Assembly: GCF_009834535.1 (NCBI RefSeq)
Contig: NC_045696.1
Location: forward strand, 64,358,001-64,422,000
Length of the DNA: 64,000 bases
Direction: 5' to 3'
Source: Camelus ferus
Lineage: Eukaryota
Shown piece by piece: positions 50,490 to 63,828 of this stretch. The notes beneath the pieces were generated by a model. That model worked only from the letters and a program-made list of their open reading frames with translations, was not told the origin of the DNA and ran no database searches. Position 1 is the first letter of the stretch. Each line of letters begins with the position of its first letter. The position numbers were made by a program, and so were the translations under genes.

Positions 50490-50975
50490 ATATTTACACA
50501 CTTAGAGCAAAATTTCCACTTCTGGGTGTCTCTCTTCCAGGAGATAGTGGCATATATATACAAAGAGGCATGTACTAAGGTATTTATTGTAGCACTGCTC
50601 GTGATAGCAAAAACTGACATCAACATAAGTATTCATAAAAGAGAGAATGCTTTATAAGCTACAGAATAGCCATAACATAAAAATCTCTGACAGCAGTTGA
50701 TGAAGTGTTCTAGTGTTGTGAAATGAGATCACAAAACTACACTTTCTAGTAAGAAGTCAAACTATAGAATTACATATAATTTCATTTATAGGAAACAGTG
50801 GTATTGCACAAAGATAAATACATATGTAAGTAAATCCATAAAAATGTAACTACATAAAATTATATCTGGGGTGGAAAGAGGGAGTGGGCAGGGAATCAGA
50901 CTTGGGCTGTTTATTCTATTCAAAAATTGCTTGAATTTTTATCAAAAAATGTATAATGTATAATTTTAATATTTT
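50490..50975 (+). mobile_element. Old L1ME-type 3' fragment
   Basis: AATTTCCACTTCTGGG...AAGGTATTTATTGTAGCACTG...ATAGCAAAAA. Confidence 0.6.
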
Positions 50976-51178
50976 AAGTAATACTTAAACCAGTAAGTCT
51001 TACCCCGGACTTCAAAAATAATGGAATCTTATTCCTTTATTTTATAGAAGAGTGAAGTAAAGACCAGAGAAGTTGAAACACCTAATCAAAACTGTGCAGC
51101 TGGTTGAGACTGAATCCAGGTTTCCTAACAGACTAGACTACTTGGCTAGTCCGCTAAGGAATCTAGGGACATTAACTA

Positions 51179-51527
51179 CGTCTCAGTCAGCTCGGGTTGC
51201 TGTAAGAGAACACCACAGACTGGGTGGCTTAGAAACAGCAGACATTTATGTCCAAAAGCAGGGTGCCAGCGTGGTCAGTTTCTGTGCCAACACATCTTCC
51301 CATGCGTAGACTGCCAATTTCTCATTGTATCCTCACATGGAGGAGAGAGGGTTAGCAAGTTCTCTGGGATGTCTTTTACAAGCACAACTGATCCCATTCA
51401 TGAAGGCTCCACCCTCGTGACCTAATCACCTCCCCCAAAACCCCACCTCCTAATATCATCATATTGGGGGTTACAGTGTCAACATACGAATTTGTGTGGG
51501 GGCGGGGCCAAACATTCATCCATCACA
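51179..51527 (-). mobile_element. MaLR solo LTR, MLT1A-like
   Basis: GTCTCAGTCAGCTCGGGTTGCTGTAA...ACCACAGACTGGGTGGCTTA...CCACCCTCGTGACCTAATCACCTCCC. Confidence 0.85.
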
Positions 51528-54500
51528 ATGTGTTAGTATATTTTGTTAGCACATGTGTAGGTTTAGTTTTATTTATTAAGCATATAGCTGTCTGTGATGT
51601 GTGGATTTTGAGGATAAGATGTATACCACTAGTCTATATTTAAAAAATAGGTGTATATTTCTCTCCAGCTGTGGGAGTAAGAAAGGATGAATCCAAGGAA
51701 TTTAGAGTAAGCCAGAGAGTTTTTGAATAAATAGGAATTCCACTAAAAACAGGCAGGACTAAGCAGAACCTGGGATGACACGAACATACCAGGTAGAAAG
51801 AGAATCTAACTGTTTAGGGTAAAATGACAGGCGTAGCCTAAGAAAATGACTCTAGAGACCCACTTCCCTCCCCATCCCGTCCTGAGAGACGATGCCTCTC
51901 ATGATACTCCTCGTTAAATGAGGACCTGGAGGTATAATGACATCAACAGTAAACTGAGGCAGAATTTTCTGTGGCCAAGATTTGATGGACACGGGAATGG
52001 AGAAGGGTGATCTAGGAAAGAGGAAGGGACAAGAAGAAGACAAAGGAGTGCGTTCCTGTGGTTTTGATTTTTTTTCCCCTTCAGTGCATTTCATCCAGAC
52101 TGCAGCTGGTTCTTTTAAGCGGGAGTAAGCTAAGTTATCATCCCTGCTACACAGACTTCTCCTTGCTCCTTGGTACTACCGTGGGGACTGGGAGTAGGAA
52201 ATGCTCTCCCAAGCTTTCCCTTCCAAGAAGAGGAACCTCACTCCCACAGCAGCCTGGTCCTCTCCCGCTTCTGTCTTGTTCCTCCCTGTGGAGGAGGAGC
52301 GACTTGTCTGATTGGCTGGAACTATGAAATTAATCTCCATAGTCTGGGCCTTCCATCGCCCCTTTTCCACTTGGAGATGTGGTCTTCCTGCCGGAAGCAT
52401 GCATTCTGCTCTGCTTCTCCATGCTCTGAGTCAGGGTCGGTCAGAAAGCCTATCTGCCTCTGGGATTCAGTAGGCAGAAGACTCTAGCCCACAAACTGAA
52501 ACTGCGTTCTCTATGCTCAGCTTCATTGAAAATAAAATATGTTGCCCTCCAACCTACCTTACTTTTAAGTCTTATACTCCCCTTGGTTCAGGACCCTAAA
52601 GGACAAGAGGGAGCTATATATTAGGTCTGCACATACCTGAACAACTCTACGTGGAATTAGCAGGGCACCATCCTCTGGTCAAACTGGACTTCATGCTGGT
52701 GACTTGGGACCTCATAGGGGCATGCTGCCTGACACCAGTCTATCAAGAAGTGTGCAAGTCAGAAGGCAATCAGCATATTTTTTAGAGTTTGTTGAATAAA
52801 TGTCACTACAGCAGTAAATGTCCTGTTATTAGAGATTTGTATGCACTTAATGTAATTAAAATATTTTTTTTGCAATGAAAATAAATCTCACTTTCTGGAT
52901 CGCTTTAAGTCCAAGAGATATATCAGCTCTTCCATCGAGTCTGCCTTGCTGTCACCAGCAAGGTATGCTTCCACCTGCCTCAATTCCTAAAATGTGTCTT
53001 TTGTATCACTTAAGCCACTTACCACAAACAGCTTTCAGTGGTCGCAGCTGTGAATATGTCTTCTCTCCCATTGCCGTGTTATTAGCTCCTGCATCCCAGG
53101 AACTTTACCTTATTCATGGCTGCGTGCTTTGCAGCATCTATTATAGAGCTTTGAAATTTGTAGATAGCAAGGAAATGCAATTTTTAAATGTTTAAAAGCA
53201 AGCAGATCATAAACCAAAAGGCTTAGAGTTGATGGCAGATCATATCATGTACTTATCCTCTCCACAGCCATTTCATTACATATTTAAAAATCAATGGACG
53301 TCAAGGATAGCCTTGAAAAGGAGAAATTTCTAAAAAGCAGCCTTGGGCAGTTGAGAAAGGTAGAAAGAGGGAGGGGCAGTGAGTCTTGTCCTGTATTATT
53401 TCGTGTTTCTTGCTATTTCTTAACCTTAATAACCCACATTTCATAGGCTCTTTCATCCTACCAGCATGATACAGGAACCCACCACCCCCCTACAAAGTCC
53501 TCCCCTCCCCAGCACCATTCCCAAATGGGTATCTCACGTGAACTCGTGAACATTCTTATGAATGTAGTCTCCTGCCCACCATGCTCCTTGAGTGTCATGT
53601 GGCACCTCTGTCTGATACAGCTGCCCCGGTCCTTGACCAAGTCTCCTAAGCTCCTTCTCTTAGGGCTCCCAAAGCTGCACGCTGAAACAGCCGGATGAGT
53701 AAAGAGATAACGGGCCCTCGCAGGCACGAAGGAAACTGCCTCGTTTCCCCACACCACATCACTTGGGTTCGGAGAAGGGCTGCTTTTACTCATCGGTCTC
53801 CTGGAGAACGTCAGAAAAACAGGTCCTTCAGCTTTTGCCTGGAGTCCATCCTTTCTCCTCATCCCTCCTTCTGCTATATTCATGTGAAATCCTCTTCCTC
53901 ATCCTCTTTCAGAAGAAAGAATAATCCCTCGTGAAAATTCACGCTTGGGGAACACGCTCTTACCTCAGCTACGACCAAAATTTGCTCTTAAACAAAAACC
54001 TCCCTACATCAGCGATTCATTGCTTCAGGCCCTGCCTGATCCTATCCTGGTGGCTAAAGAAGTAGTGCAAAGCCTCAAAAGGCCCTGAGAGGTCATCCCC
54101 AATTAACCAGACACCTCATCCAGCTCTGAGCCCAGGGGCGAGAAACTTGCCCCTTCCAGCCCCCTCTCAGCGCTCAGTAGGCAAGTCCTCCTGCTCCATC
54201 CACAGTTCAGCTCAGCCACAGTGGAGTGGGGCTTGATAGTATTGAAAAGAGCCCTGGGTGGCCGTGAACTCTGTGGTCCTCACTGTAGTCCCAGTCATGC
54301 TGGAAAAGTAAAAGACTCCTTTCACTTGGTCCTCAGTTTTCCCATCTGTGCATAAGGTGGGTGAACCTGGTGATCACGCTGACATAGCAAGAATAAATGA
54401 CAGCGTGTCTAATGGAAACACTGAATATTAATTTGGGGGCCCTAGTTTAGTCTCATTTGATCGTCTGGGCAGGACCCAGATAATCTCATGCTCATTCATG

Positions 54501-55449
54501 TGTTCAAAGCTTGAGCTCATTTAAGATTATACAACCCCCAAAAATGCTAGCGTCAGAAGTCCTGTTCACATCCACTTAAGAAGAGATAGTGACTCACTGT
54601 GTGCTCACCTCCTGCACCAAGACAAAACCCAGGACTGAGAATGATCTCAATAGGAGCAATATTTATTGTTGCTGGTAGAACATCAAATTTGTGGTTGAAA
54701 TTCAGTAGCCAAGGAACTCTTTCTGTTTTAGGCCATGATCTTCTCCTTGGCTGAAGAAATGTACTGAAGCCCTGGGATTTATCTGACACTCAGGGAAAAT
54801 CATGTTGCAGAAGGAATACTGGAGCTGGGGCTTGCATTGCAAAGGAGCAAATCTCAATCCCTGACTTGAGCTGTGAGAGGCCCACCCAGTGCACAGTTCA
54901 CATATGTGATAAATTGCACCCCTTCTCTCAGTGAGACGCTAGGCTCACATTCATTGCATTAATTTTGTTGATTTACAGTCTATGCAAGTTCATAGTCACG
55001 TGATTGCATGGCTAACTCTAGTAATACTCCATGTTCTTGACAGGTTTTCTGACAGGTCTAAGAGTTATCTTCCCCCCAGGCCATATCTTAAACAGCCAAC
55101 CTCAGCCTTTCCATAGGAGTTCAGAATGCAAGAGAGCTCACAGGGGGCCCATGTTCATTCTCTTGCCCCGCATAATTATTCACACTTTCTCGAAACTTCT
55201 CTAAGTATCTTCCAAATTAGGGGAACAAATCTCAGTGTCAGGGAACTTATGACCTCTTGAGTCAGTTCCTTTTACTTTGGGATAGCTCCAATGGTCAGAA
55301 AGTTCTTAAGAATCATTTGAGTCCAAAATCCATCTACCTACCTAGACTCTGAAAGCTTACTTTAACTTATAAACTCTTAGCCTACCTCATTTCACGTAGT
55401 GAACATTTGATAAATAGTAAGTATGACGCGGGTACCATTCTGAAGTACT

Positions 55450-55672
55450 TGAGTATGTTAAGATCATGGGTGTTGAAGGCAGGCAGGCCTGAGGTGAAGT
55501 GTAACCTCAGGTAAATTATTCCCTGGGCATCAATTTCCTCATCCATAAGATGTGGGACATAATAGCCCCTACCTTACAATGCTGAGAGAATTAAATGAGA
55601 TCATGCAAGGCATGCACTTAGTACAGTGGCTGACAGTAAGCACTCAAAATGTTTAGTTATTATTAATATTAT
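55450..55672 (+). mobile_element. MIR SINE
   Basis: CAATTTCCTCATCCATAA...GAGAATTAAATGAGAT...CAGTAAGCACTCAAAATG...TTATTATT. Confidence 0.8.
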
Positions 55673-56304
55673 CATCAATAATTATTTCTGGCAATGCTCT
55701 CTTTGCTTGAAAAACTCTCAGGCATCTACACTGAAAGGAAGATGGACGAAACAACCTGTTGAGAGAGTTAACAACAGAAAACCTCCAATTGCTGGCAGGA
55801 GATCCATCTTAGTCCAGCTCCTGACCTCTTGTGCACAACACAGTACTTAGTGCTTTTCTGTATCCTTTGGGATATTGGATCGATTTTACTATTGGTTAAG
55901 GCAGATGGGTATCACAATCTATCATCTCTATCAGTCATGGTCATAGAGTTGGAAAGGGTCTTGGAGATTAAGTCTAGCCTCTGTAATTTGTATATATTGA
56001 AGTTAAGACCTAGAGACAGGAAGTAATATGGGTAAGGGCCTCCAGGTTTTTATTAGAACTAGGACCAAAACAATAATTTCTGGCTCCCAATTTAGAATTC
56101 CTTTTACTCTACCATACTGCTCATAGATACCAAGATATACATAAATGTGCAACATCTTTGGCATCTCTGAGCTCTGTTCTGTGAGGGTAAGTAGATGCAT
56201 AGCCTCCCTTTATTTTTGCATTTAGAGAGATCTTAGCTATCCTTTCTCCTCTTCTCCCTCCACAGATTTTCTATTTATCACCCACTTAAATCATATCACT
56301 TACA

Positions 56305-56730
56305 TGAATCAGGCTTCCTTGAATGCAGGTGACAGAAAACCAATTCCAACTAATTAAGGCAAAGGGACATGATTAGGAAAGACTTGTAAGTGTTTTCCAG
56401 AACTAAAGGGAAGTGTTGACTTTGGAAAGGAAAGAAACTTCTGGGGTTCGTGGATCTTCTGCCCAGAGTATTGCCATTAATGCAATGTGATTCCATTGAC
56501 ACTCAGTCTCTCTCTCTTTTATTCTTAGTATTAAATGAAAGACAGACAGACAGGGAGGGAATAGATGGGTCCAGCTTGGATCCAATGTCTCCCCATGGAC
56601 CAGTCTGCTATTGTGCATGTTGGAAAGTTACCCACATTGTATTTCTCCGCTAGAGAACTCCCTCCCCAGGCATGAGAGGCTCTGTCTAGAGAGCAGACAA
56701 TCATTGTGAACATAGCAGCCACCCCAGGAA
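56305..56730 (-). mobile_element. Old MaLR LTR (MLT1K/N-like)
   Basis: TCAGG...TGCAGGTGACAGAAAACCAATTCCAACT start motif; highly diverged. Confidence 0.45.
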
Positions 56731-57872
56731 GTGTGTAATACCTTCCACTGTGTGTCTCCCCAAGTAGATTGTCAGTTTCTACAAGGCAAGGAGGCTGTCA
56801 GTTTCACCTTTATGCAGTATTTTCAAACGCCTTGCTAGCCTTGTGTGTAGTAAGTGTCCAATGAACGTTAGTAGAATTGAACATAATAGACCTGCAGTTT
56901 TTCTTGATTCAGCCACACCAAACCAAGCTGAGTACACTATGGTATCCAACTAACAAAAAAGAGACTTCTGCATGTTTTTGATCACTTGGAAAGCATACAT
57001 CATACACAATTACCCAAGTAATGCAACCTGGCTCATACATAAGTAATAGGTACATCCTGGCTCCAAGACAAGTTGTCTTGACAGTGCTTCCCTCTCCAGC
57101 TTCCTGGAAGGATGGAGCCCCTGTTCCTCAGGCAACCTTCCTCCCGCAGGTATCTCTTCCTGACAGCCTGACACTTCCCCACAGCTCCGTCTTCGGTGGT
57201 TGAAAGGAAGCCCTGCTGTGCTCGGGTCATTAGGATTCTCATCTTCTCTCCTCATATGACAGGCACCAAGAGGACATGTTCTCTTCTCCTGAGAAAAAGC
57301 CCCAATTAAATACGCTCATTAAAACCCTGTGATTCTCCTGCTTTCTTCAAATGCATAACAAAGATGGATCACTTTCTGCTGACCTGAAGCCTGGCCAGGG
57401 AGTGCCTGGCCCAGGGCGAGGTGTGGGCTGGCTGCCAGAACCTTGTGGGATGTACAAGGCAGTTTTCACTGTCAAATGCCAGATTTTTGCTGCTGCCCCT
57501 CCAGCTGGTTATCGGATGCTGGCAGGCAACTGTATAAAGAACCCTGAACAAAATATCACACTTTACCCACAATCAAAAGAGTGATAACTAATTAAGGTGA
57601 AATTGAGTTCAAATCGACCTGTTCCAGGCCCTAATTGGCCACAACTACAATGCCTGGCTTTTTAAGGCTGTGATGCCATGTGGTAGGTAGGAAGGCACAG
57701 ACAGGAGATCAGAGCCCCTCAGCTGGCCACAGGCCCTGCCACTAGCTAGCTGTGTAATCGTTCAGCCTCAGGTGCCTTGTGTGTAGCAAAGATACTGCTA
57801 AGACCTTGCAATTCACAGGCTTCATTTTAAGGTATGGTCCCACCAAACTTCACTGCCTTTGACACAACCACC

Positions 57873-58075
57873 GCTATTAGCTAGGATTTATAAAATATTT
57901 ACTCCACGTCAGATACTATGTACTTAATTGCTATATGTAAATTTACTTATATAACCCTTTGAAGGAATTTAGTAATATTACTCTATTTTACAGATGAAGA
58001 AACTGAAACTTAAAGAGTGAAATAACTTGGCCAAGGTTACATCAGCCAGTAAATGACAGAGCTTCAGAATTCACA
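57873..58075 (-). mobile_element. MIR SINE
   Basis: ATTTTACAGATGAAGAAACTGAAACTTAAAGAG...AACTTGGCCAAGGTTAC core. Confidence 0.8.
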
Positions 58076-58279
58076 TTTTCCATATCTGTGGTACCCTAAT
58101 AATGTCTCACTTACCTAAATTCATATGGTGATGCTCAGCTTCCTTCTTGGCCTCCTCTGCTTGAAATACTTGATTTCTGGTCCTAAGTACATGATTTTAC
58201 CTCCTTCACATTGGTTCACTATTTCTGTACTCACTGACCATTTCTGAAGACTTTATCCCATTTGAAAATCAGCCCATGT

Positions 58280-58400
58280 AGGGAGGGTACAGCTCCGTGG
58301 TGAAGTGCAAGCCTAGCATGCAGGGGGTCCTGGGTTCAATCCCCAGTACCTCCATTAAAATAAATAAATAAACAAGCAAACAAATAAACTAAAAAAATAA
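58280..58400 (+). mobile_element. Vic-1-type tRNA-derived camelid SINE
   Basis: GGGAGGGTACAGCTCCGTGG (A box) ... GGTTCAATCCCCAGTACCTCCATT (B box) plus A-rich tail; TSD core TCAGCCCA on both sides. Confidence 0.92.
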
Positions 58401-59634
58401 GAGTCAGCCCACCTCTGCCTTCTAAAAACCACCAACATATAGCTAGTCTGTATTTGCTGTGATCTCCGTGAGTTCACCCAACTGTAATTCTCACTTGGCA
58501 ATGGATGTGTATGCCTTAAAAATAAGTCATGACTTTTACTATTATCACTTAGCTCTTGGTCATCTTTTGCTATTTATGTCCTGTTTTGCCAACCAGATTG
58601 AATACATGGATGAGGACATGGATCACACTTCTTTGAATTACTCTTAGCCCCTGGCACAATGCCAATCAGTAAATGTTAACTGGTGTAGTTTCTTCCCCAG
58701 CTTCAGCCTGAATTATACTCCTCGTTAGTCAGTGTCTATATGGCTGTCGGTGTCCTCTTTGGAAACTATGGTATTAGTGCTGTCAGCCAGAAGCCTGGTG
58801 ACTCCCGGTGCAGGCAGGACTGGGAAAGGGCACGCTGACCTACACCCATCTCCTATGGCAGCCAAGGTGTGTTACTTATGCCAGAGCCTCACTATGTCTG
58901 TGCACTGTCGTGTGTCTGATGGGATCAAGGCAAGCTTTCCTGGCAATGCCAGCCAAGAAAAAACAGCTGGCAAATGTAGAAAAGATGGTACCAGGCACCT
59001 GGCCCACTTAGATCAGCTTTCTGTGCCAGCTTCACATTTTGTATCAAGGCCTATGTTGAGAATAGGGAATGACTCTATCTTCTCTCCTCTCCAAAAGCTG
59101 GTCTGTGGGTGCCAGGGTCATAATGGTCATCTGTTGGGCTGTCTGTCCACAGCACCTGCAGCTCAAACAAGCAAATCCAGAGGTTGCCAAGAAATTGGCA
59201 CTCCCAGGGTAAAATAACAATGCCAAGAGTGGATAGTGAATGTCCGAACTATCTCACCACCTCCTCTTGAAGTTTCCAACACCTGATACTGAAGGAAAGT
59301 TGAAAGATTTTCCAGGTGCATTGTATTTTACAAGCATAATGTATTTTGGCAAACAGAAGAGATACGAAATGATTCAGCAAATTGTGAAGAGCTCAATAAT
59401 TATCAAGAGGGATGATGTCCTTTTATTGCTTCCACAATGCTGAGTTATTAACAACTCTCAGTGTGCTCTGCATAGCCAGCTGCTCCCCAGTTCCATCGAC
59501 AAGGCAACATAAACCAACCTTGGCGACTGCAAGAAGGCAAGGTTCTAGCCATAGTTTTTAAGTTGCACTCCTTCTAAGACTGCTTTGAAAGAGGTGATGA
59601 GGAGAGGACTCTGAACAGGGGAGCTGATCACACC

Positions 59635-62074
59635 AGGATTAAATTTAAAAACATTTCTATTATTATTTAAATCTCTATAAAGATAATTGACATTTTAAAA
59701 CAAAAATAATAACAATAAACTGTAGGGATTATAACATGTAGAAGTTAAATGTATGACAGTAATATCACAAAGGCCAAGAGGGGAGAAATGGAAGTGTACT
59801 CTTACAACGTTCATATACCTGATGTGAAATAGTATAATGTTATTTGAAGAAAGACTGGGAGAAGTTCAAAACAAATATCATAAACACTAAAGAATCCATT
59901 AAAATAAAACAGTAAGAGTTGAGGCTAATTTGCCAACAAATCATATAATAAAAAGGAATCTTAAAAAAAAAAATACCCAAAAGAAGGCAGAAAAAGAAAA
60001 GAAGGTGAACAAAGAACAAACAAGACAAATGGAAATGAAACAGCAAGGTTAATTTAAACCCAGTCATGTCAGTAATCACATTAAATGTAAATGGTCTAAA
60101 CACTCTTACTAAGAGGCAGAAATTATCATATTGGGTTAAAAAAGGAAGACCAAATCATATGCTGCCTACAGGGAACAAGTGTAAATATAAATAGGTTAAA
60201 AGTAAAAGCATGGAAAAAGATAAACCATGCTAACATTAAATGAAAAAAAAAAAATAAAAGATAAAGTGGCTTGATTAATAGCCGACCAGGAAGATTTCAA
60301 AGCAAAGAATCTTACCAGGGATAAACAGGATCATTTCACAATAATAAATGGACCAACCTTTTATCATTTTCAATAGATAAAGAACATAAAGATCACAAGA
60401 GAAATCAATAAAATAAAAACAGAAACATAATAAATTTAAGAAAACTTAAAGATAGTTCTTTAAAATGATTAACAAAATTAATAAACCTCTACCAAGTGTA
60501 ACTAGGAAAAAGGACAGATAAAAATATCAAAAATGAGAGAGGTGACACTAACTACAGATTCTAGAGGTATTAAATGATGATAAGGAAACACTATGGGCAA
60601 CTTTATGCCAATAAATTCAACAACTTAGATGACACGAAAAAGAAGAAGAACAACAGAAACCTAAATGGTTCTATATCCATTTAAAAAAATCAAGTTTATA
60701 GTTAAAAACCAAAGCCACAAAAAACTCCTGGCCCAGCTGGCTTCACTGGTGAATTCTATCAGACATTTAGGAAAGAAATGATACCAGTTTTATATAAACT
60801 CTTCCAGAAAGCTGAAGAGGAATGAATATTTCCCAGTACATTTTCTAAAACCAGCATTTGGTAATCTGATACCAAAACCAGATGAAGTCATTTTAACTAA
60901 AGAAAAACACAGACCTTATATCTATCAATAACATAGATGCAAAAATTCTAAATGTAACTTTAGAAAATTGTGCAAGAATATATAAAAAGGATAATACATC
61001 AAGAGGGGTTTATTCCAGGAACAAGAGGCAGTTTAACATTTAAAAATTGAATTAATGTAAAACACCATATTAATAGGTTTTTAAAAACATAATCATCTCA
61101 ACTGTTACACTAAAACATATTTGGTAAGATCCAGTATCCGTTCCTGATAAAAATTCTGAGCAAATGTAAGGGCTCTTCGTCAACATGATAAAGGGCATCT
61201 ACAGACATGCACAGCTTTGCAAAGATTCAGGCTCTAAGATCACACCATAAAAATAAATTGCATTTCAACAGGCTAGATATTAACAATAGGAAATTGAAAT
61301 TAAAAAAAAAACAATGTGCAATATTATCAGTATTTATAAAATACTTAGGGATAAAACTGATTTTAAAAAGTGCAAGATTTATACCCTGAAAAATACAAAA
61401 TATTTCTTAAAGAAATAAAAGAAGAGATAAAGGTATTTTGGCTTATTTATCAATAAAACAAAACAACTTTGGAAAAGAACAAAGTTGGAGGACTTATACC
61501 TCCCGACTTCAAAATTTATTGTAAAGTTACAGTAATCACGATGATTTAGTAGTATCATAAAGATAAACAGAAGAGCATAGCAGCACAGAAAGTCCAGGTA
61601 TCACTCCACATATATATAGTAATTGATTTTTGACAGAGGACAGATAATTCTGCGGAGAAATGATAATCTACTCAATAGACAGTACAGGGAAATTGAATAT
61701 TCATAGGCAATAATTTTTTTAAAAGGTGAACTTTGATCCATACCTCACAACATATACAAAGTGAACTCAGAATGGATCATAGACCTAAATGTAAAATGTA
61801 AAACTATAAAAAGTCCCAAAAAATGGGAGGAAAATCTTTGTGGCCTTAAATTAAGCAAAGATTTCTTAGATATGATACCATATGTAGGATGCATTAAAAA
61901 AAATATAAGATCACTTCATCAAAATTAACATACCATACTCTTTAAAAGATAGTGAGAAATGGAGAGGCAAACCACAGACCAAGATGAAAATACTTGGAAA
62001 TCGTATATCTGACAGCCGATCTGTATCTAGAATATGTAAAGAACTCTCAAAACTTAAAAATAAAAAGACAAATA

Positions 62075-62075
<1 letters not shown>
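59635..62075 (+). mobile_element. Old L1M block (inter-ORF region and ORF2 with internal deletions)
   Basis: ACATTAAATGTAAATGGTCTAAAC (EN start), GGCTTCACTGGTGAATTCTA, ATAGATGCAAAAATTCT, AAAGTTGGAGGACTTA, ATGGATCATAGACCTAAATG. Confidence 0.9.
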
Positions 62076-62079
<4 letters not shown>

Positions 62080-62114
<35 letters not shown>

Positions 62115-62332
62115 CAGAAAACAGAAACAGACACACAGACATAGAAAACAGACTTAGGGTCACTGGGCAGGGAAAGAGGGTAGGAAGCAATAAATTGGGA
62201 GTTCAGGTTTTGCAGATACTAACTAATATGTGTAAAATAGATAAGCAACAAATTCATACTGTATAGCACATGGAACAATGTTCAATATTTTATAATAACT
62301 TCTGGTGGAAAAGAATATGAAAATGAAGTATG
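62080..62332. mobile_element. T35 tract joined to a sense camelid L1 3' UTR piece with no downstream tail
   Basis: T run 62080-62114, then ACAGAAACAGACACACAGACATAG...AAAGAATATGAAAATGA, ending abruptly. Confidence 0.8.
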
Positions 62333-62899
62333 CTTCTCCTGGTTTAGTTATAGTGGGGACAGACTGGAGTAATAGGAAAATGTTTCTGAGAAGTTTTCCC
62401 AATAGGATACAGAATAAATTGTGCTGTTGTTTTCCAGTTTCCTAAGTATATGTATCGACATCCTCAGTCACCTGAAAACAAGCTCTGAAGCTGTGGAACC
62501 AGTCCCACCCGAGGAGCTAAAAAGGCTGCCCCAGAATGAGAAGCAACAAGCATCAGCAAGCAAGTGGATGAGGAATTTATTAGCTGGCCTGGAAGACTGG
62601 GAACAAAGGAGGCCATAGAAATCATCAGCTTCCCTGAAGTCACCTTCAGGTCAATGCATTCTAAATTCATGCCCCCAGTAAATGAGCCAAACCCCTGGGC
62701 TGCGGCAGAGACTACACCAGTCACGGCTGCGGGGAAAGAAAGGAGAAGGACATCATGATGCCCATGTCAAGGGATCTCCCACCGAGCCAAAGGATCAGGC
62801 CAAGCACCCTACAAACAGCAGACTAAGCAGAAAGACCATGTCGCGAGGCATGTGAACCTGGGCCAGTTTCTGACCTCTTTGAGCCTCTGTTTCCTCAAT

Positions 62900-63417
62900 G
62901 CCCCTCGCTCACTGTGCTCCAGGCACACTGGCCTCCTGCTGCTCCAATGCACCACGTTCTTTCTTGCCTCAGTGCCCTTGAACATACAGTTTCCTCTGTC
63001 TGGGACAATTTACCCTTCTTCCATTTCAGGTCATGTCCTCAGAGAAGCCTTACTAGACCCTTATAGATAAGACCAATTCCCCACTTCATCCTCTGGCACC
63101 TCCGCCCCGTTACTGTCTATTACATACCTTGATTTTTTCTTTACTAAAAGTTCATCACAATCTATAACGATGACTTTTTGTTTGTTTACCTGCTCACCGT
63201 CTGTTTTCCAACAGCATATAAACTTTTTAAAGGGTGTATGAATAATAGATCAAACTTTTAAAAAACCGGTAAAATAGCCACAGTATAAAAATTTATCATT
63301 AACAAAAATTAACTTTTTGAGAGCAAGAACCTTATCAGTTTTCTCTGTACCCCAGTGCCAAAAAGAGTATGTGGCAGGTCCTAAGCACTCAAAATCTATT
63401 TGTTGAATTGATGAATG
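62900..63417 (+). mobile_element. L2 3' fragment
   Basis: CTCACTGTGCTCCAGGCACACTGGCCTCC...CCTCAGAGAAGCCTT...ATTTGTTGAATTGATGAATG. Confidence 0.75.
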
Positions 63418-63828
63418 TGTAATAGAGAAGAACCTTTGTATTCTAAGTTAATCACTGAAGGGGTGTTACCTGTAAGCTTACGTATACATGATGGCCCATG
63501 TCTGGGAACCAAGCATTAAGCTAAAATAGCTTTGTCTAGCTCACAGGAAACATCCTGACCAGGCCCACCTATGAATGGCTGCAGGAAGGAAGAAATTAAC
63601 CCATTCCCTCCAGAGTCTGGCCAGAACCAGGATTTTACTCCCTCCCTTTTAATATAAAACAAACCTGAATTCTAAGTCAGGGAAGATGGTTCTTTAGGAC
63701 ACTAGGCTACCATCTACTTCTAGGTCCACTGGCTTTCTGAATAAAGTCGCTATTCCTTGCCCCAATGACTGGTCTCTCAATTATTGGTCTGTTATGTGGC
63801 AAGCAGTACAAGCTTGGACTTGGTAACA
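63418..63828 (+). mobile_element. ERV1-class solo LTR, 411 bp
   Basis: TGTAAT...GGTAACA termini, perfect 4-bp TSD AATG (63414-63417 / 63829-63832), TATAAAA 63653-63659, AATAAA 63740-63745. Confidence 0.9.

Noticed and set aside
53458..53934. 141-aa minus-strand and 79-aa plus-strand ORFs
   Set aside because: No recognisable homology or coherent exon structure; lengths compatible with chance in GC-richer DNA
58280..58355. tRNA gene
   Set aside because: Has A/B boxes, but also an A-rich tail, a TSD and two related copies in the window, so it is a tRNA-derived SINE
58732..59217. 161-aa ORF, the longest in the window
   Set aside because: GTG start, no recognisable family and no supporting splice or poly(A) structure
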